This document shows positions 62,331 through 64,000 of a stretch of DNA of 64,000 nucleotides, piece by piece. The position numbers and the translations under genes were made by a program. The DNA is from an uncultured Desulfosarcina sp. Its GTDB lineage: Bacteria; Desulfobacterota; Desulfobacteria; Desulfobacterales; Desulfosarcinaceae. The first letter of the stretch is position 1. Every line of letters begins with the position of its first letter. The stretch is from NCBI GenBank assembly GCA_963674945.2, contig CAXXWQ010000003.1, forward strand, positions 800,001-864,000, read 5' to 3'. The notes under the pieces were generated by a model. The model searched no databases and was not told the DNA's origin. It worked only from the letters and a program-made list of their open reading frames with translations.

Positions 62331-63094
62331 CAGAAAACCCTTTCAACCATACTTGAGATGTAACTGCTGACCTTCGTCACGAGCTTCTTTGCTTTGATCC
62401 CGGGATGCCACCATGAATTCGGATCGCTATTGTCACTCACCCGGCGGAACGTCGCATATTGATTCTGGGTCGCCTTTTTATAGGTCTTTGCGATCTTGAC
62501 CATTCCTGCATAGGGACTGAATTTCCACTTATAAGCCCCAGGGCGCCCCCCTTTCACCGCGGGCTGAGTCTTGATACCGAATCCGCCGAAATCTCCCGCT
62601 CTTCCTCCCCACACTGTCTTTCCACCCACTCCCTCAACACTCGGCGAAAGCTTCCTGGCCTCCGTATAGATCATACTCGTCTGCTTTCCCTTTGCATTGA
62701 CACCGGTGAACGGCATCGGGGTTCCCACTCGCTTGCCGGTCGTACCGGGAGTGCCATGGCGGAACGGCACCGTATTGTACCTCTTACCGGCCTTGGTCCT
62801 TTTAGCATTGGGTCCAGCCAGAAGCCCCGGTTTCATATCGAAAGGGGCTTTTCCATTTTCGATGGCATTGGGCAACTCACCAACCAAGTGGACGGCCGCC
62901 CAGTTTCCATCCATCTCAACGGGCTGGATGCCGGCGATGTAATCCGCGGCGCTGCCGCCCAGGTTCTGCTGGGCCAGCCGGACCCATTCCGACCGGGCCA
63001 TCTCCGCCAAGGTGTAAACCCGTTCCCGGATCTCGTCTTCATCGACTCCGACGGCCGGCAGATGGCCCGATATGTCTACGCTGATGATCGACAT
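62330..63094 (-). CDS. Putative neck/tail-completion protein
   Basis: PFDMKPGLL, VPFRH, TFRRVSDNSDPNSWWHPG, typical of myovirus neck-region genes. Confidence 0.65.
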   Translation of the reverse strand: MSIISVDISGHLPAVGVDEDEIRERVYTLAEMARSEWVRLAQQNLGGSAADYIAGIQPVEMDGNWAAVHLVGELPNAIENGKAPFDMKPGLLAGPNAKRTKAGKRYNTVPFRHGTPGTTGKRVGTPMPFTGVNAKGKQTSMIYTEARKLSPSVEGVGGKTVWGGRAGDFGGFGIKTQPAVKGGRPGAYKWKFSPYAGMVKIAKTYKKATQNQYATFRRVSDNSDPNSWWHPGIKAKKLVTKVSSYISSMVERVF

Positions 63095-64000
63095 TATTCA
63101 GTATGTTCCAGGTTTTTCTTGGGGATCTTTTCAAGGACACCATGCGTATGTCTGACATAGGCATGATCACCATCTGTTGATTCGACAGTACCAACCGTGC
63201 CATGGGTATTCCGACGGGCGTCATTCACTTTGACCTTATGGCCTTTGGCAAAATCACCACGAGCTTTGGCTTCCTTGCGAGCTTTTTCCTCCCGAACTTC
63301 TTGAGAAGATCGTCGCGTTGACGTCTTTTTATCAACCGCCGCACCCTTTTTCTCTTCGGGTTTGTAGATCGTAACCGCCTTGCTCGCGGCATCGAAATAA
63401 GCTACACTTTTGCCATCCTTTTCGAACATAGTTCCGCCAGAAGACCCGGACATCGTTTTATCCCAGATGACCCCGGATCCCTTCAAAACCCTTTCAGCTT
63501 CTTTTGGTGTATGAACATCCCTCACGATCCGATCGCCGGCAGGTTTATCTACAGCTTTTTTCTTTGCTTCCGCAGTTTTCGAAGCAATCCGTTGATGTTT
63601 CGACGAAAAAGTCTTCTTGGCAGTCGAATCTTTTTTATCCCAATCCGGATCTGCGTTTTTGGCCTTATCCAACATCTCTTTGATTTTTTTGCCATCAGAA
63701 AATGGAATCTTTCCAACGTCAAAAATGGGATTTCCGGCCTGTTCTCCCATCCCGTAAAACATCACATATTTTTCGTTGGTATCGACTGAAGCGGTGACGC
63801 CATCTATCTTGTAAGTCGAACCACCCCCGTGGACTTTTCCGGAATAAGCCCACCCCTCTTTTTTAAGAAGGGATTTCAGTGAACTTTCCGTTAATGATTC
63901 CTGATCCGCTTTCGATGTTTTACTGGCCGCATCCTTTGCCGCCTTCCGGCGCTTCACTTCCTCAGTCACCTTGTTCATCAGATCGGCGAAAAGTTTTTTC
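63094..64000 (-). CDS. Lys-rich hypothetical protein with a C-terminal KOW/SH3-like motif (probably 5'-partial)
   Basis: Frame is open to the window edge; KGHKVKV...GTVGTVES. Confidence 0.6.
   Translation of the reverse strand, partial: KKLFADLMNKVTEEVKRRKAAKDAASKTSKADQESLTESSLKSLLKKEGWAYSGKVHGGGSTYKIDGVTASVDTNEKYVMFYGMGEQAGNPIFDVGKIPFSDGKKIKEMLDKAKNADPDWDKKDSTAKKTFSSKHQRIASKTAEAKKKAVDKPAGDRIVRDVHTPKEAERVLKGSGVIWDKTMSGSSGGTMFEKDGKSVAYFDAASKAVTIYKPEEKKGAAVDKKTSTRRSSQEVREEKARKEAKARGDFAKGHKVKVNDARRNTHGTVGTVESTDGDHAYVRHTHGVLEKIPKKNLEHTE

Larger units (their letters stand above)
2661..64000. mobile_element. Large integrated prophage / phage-plasmid-like island at tRNA-Leu (right end outside window)
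   Basis: Abrupt switch from housekeeping to partition, defence and phage genes after a tRNA; shared intergenic palindrome from 23.0 to 59.5 kb; second att copy not seen, so boundaries are inferred. Confidence 0.6.

Overview
Bases 1-2660 are a bacterial housekeeping block (PTS IIA fragment, gap, tpiA, secG, tRNA-Leu(GAG)). The host is probably a deltaproteobacterium/Desulfobacterota, inferred from gene context only. Everything after the tRNA looks like one large integrated accessory element that runs off the right edge. In order it holds: a CBS-domain cation/H+ antiporter; a ParA + ribbon-helix-helix partition pair; an AAA/DUF4143 ATPase; an AbiE pair whose toxin is cut off by a 104-repeat CRISPR array; a complete Cas8-less type I-F2 (I-Fv) cas operon; a phage/plasmid-type early region (IS-split DUF4942 methyltransferase, Nmad5, many small ORFs, macrodomain); a ~7.5 kb host-like cargo block; hicBA; a short tyrosine recombinase; and an apparently intact contractile (myovirus) tail module. 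Four IS elements with recognisable ends and target duplications (2x IS1380, 2x IS66) and a MITE-like repeat are present. The main unexplained signals are five intergenic copies of the palindrome GTAATTAATTAC, a candidate pseudoknotted ncRNA at 39136-39261, a UCC_UUU_CGU +1 frameshift site in the tail chaperone, the abiEii/CRISPR junction, and a duplicated parA promoter. All family calls come from motif recognition, not database searches.
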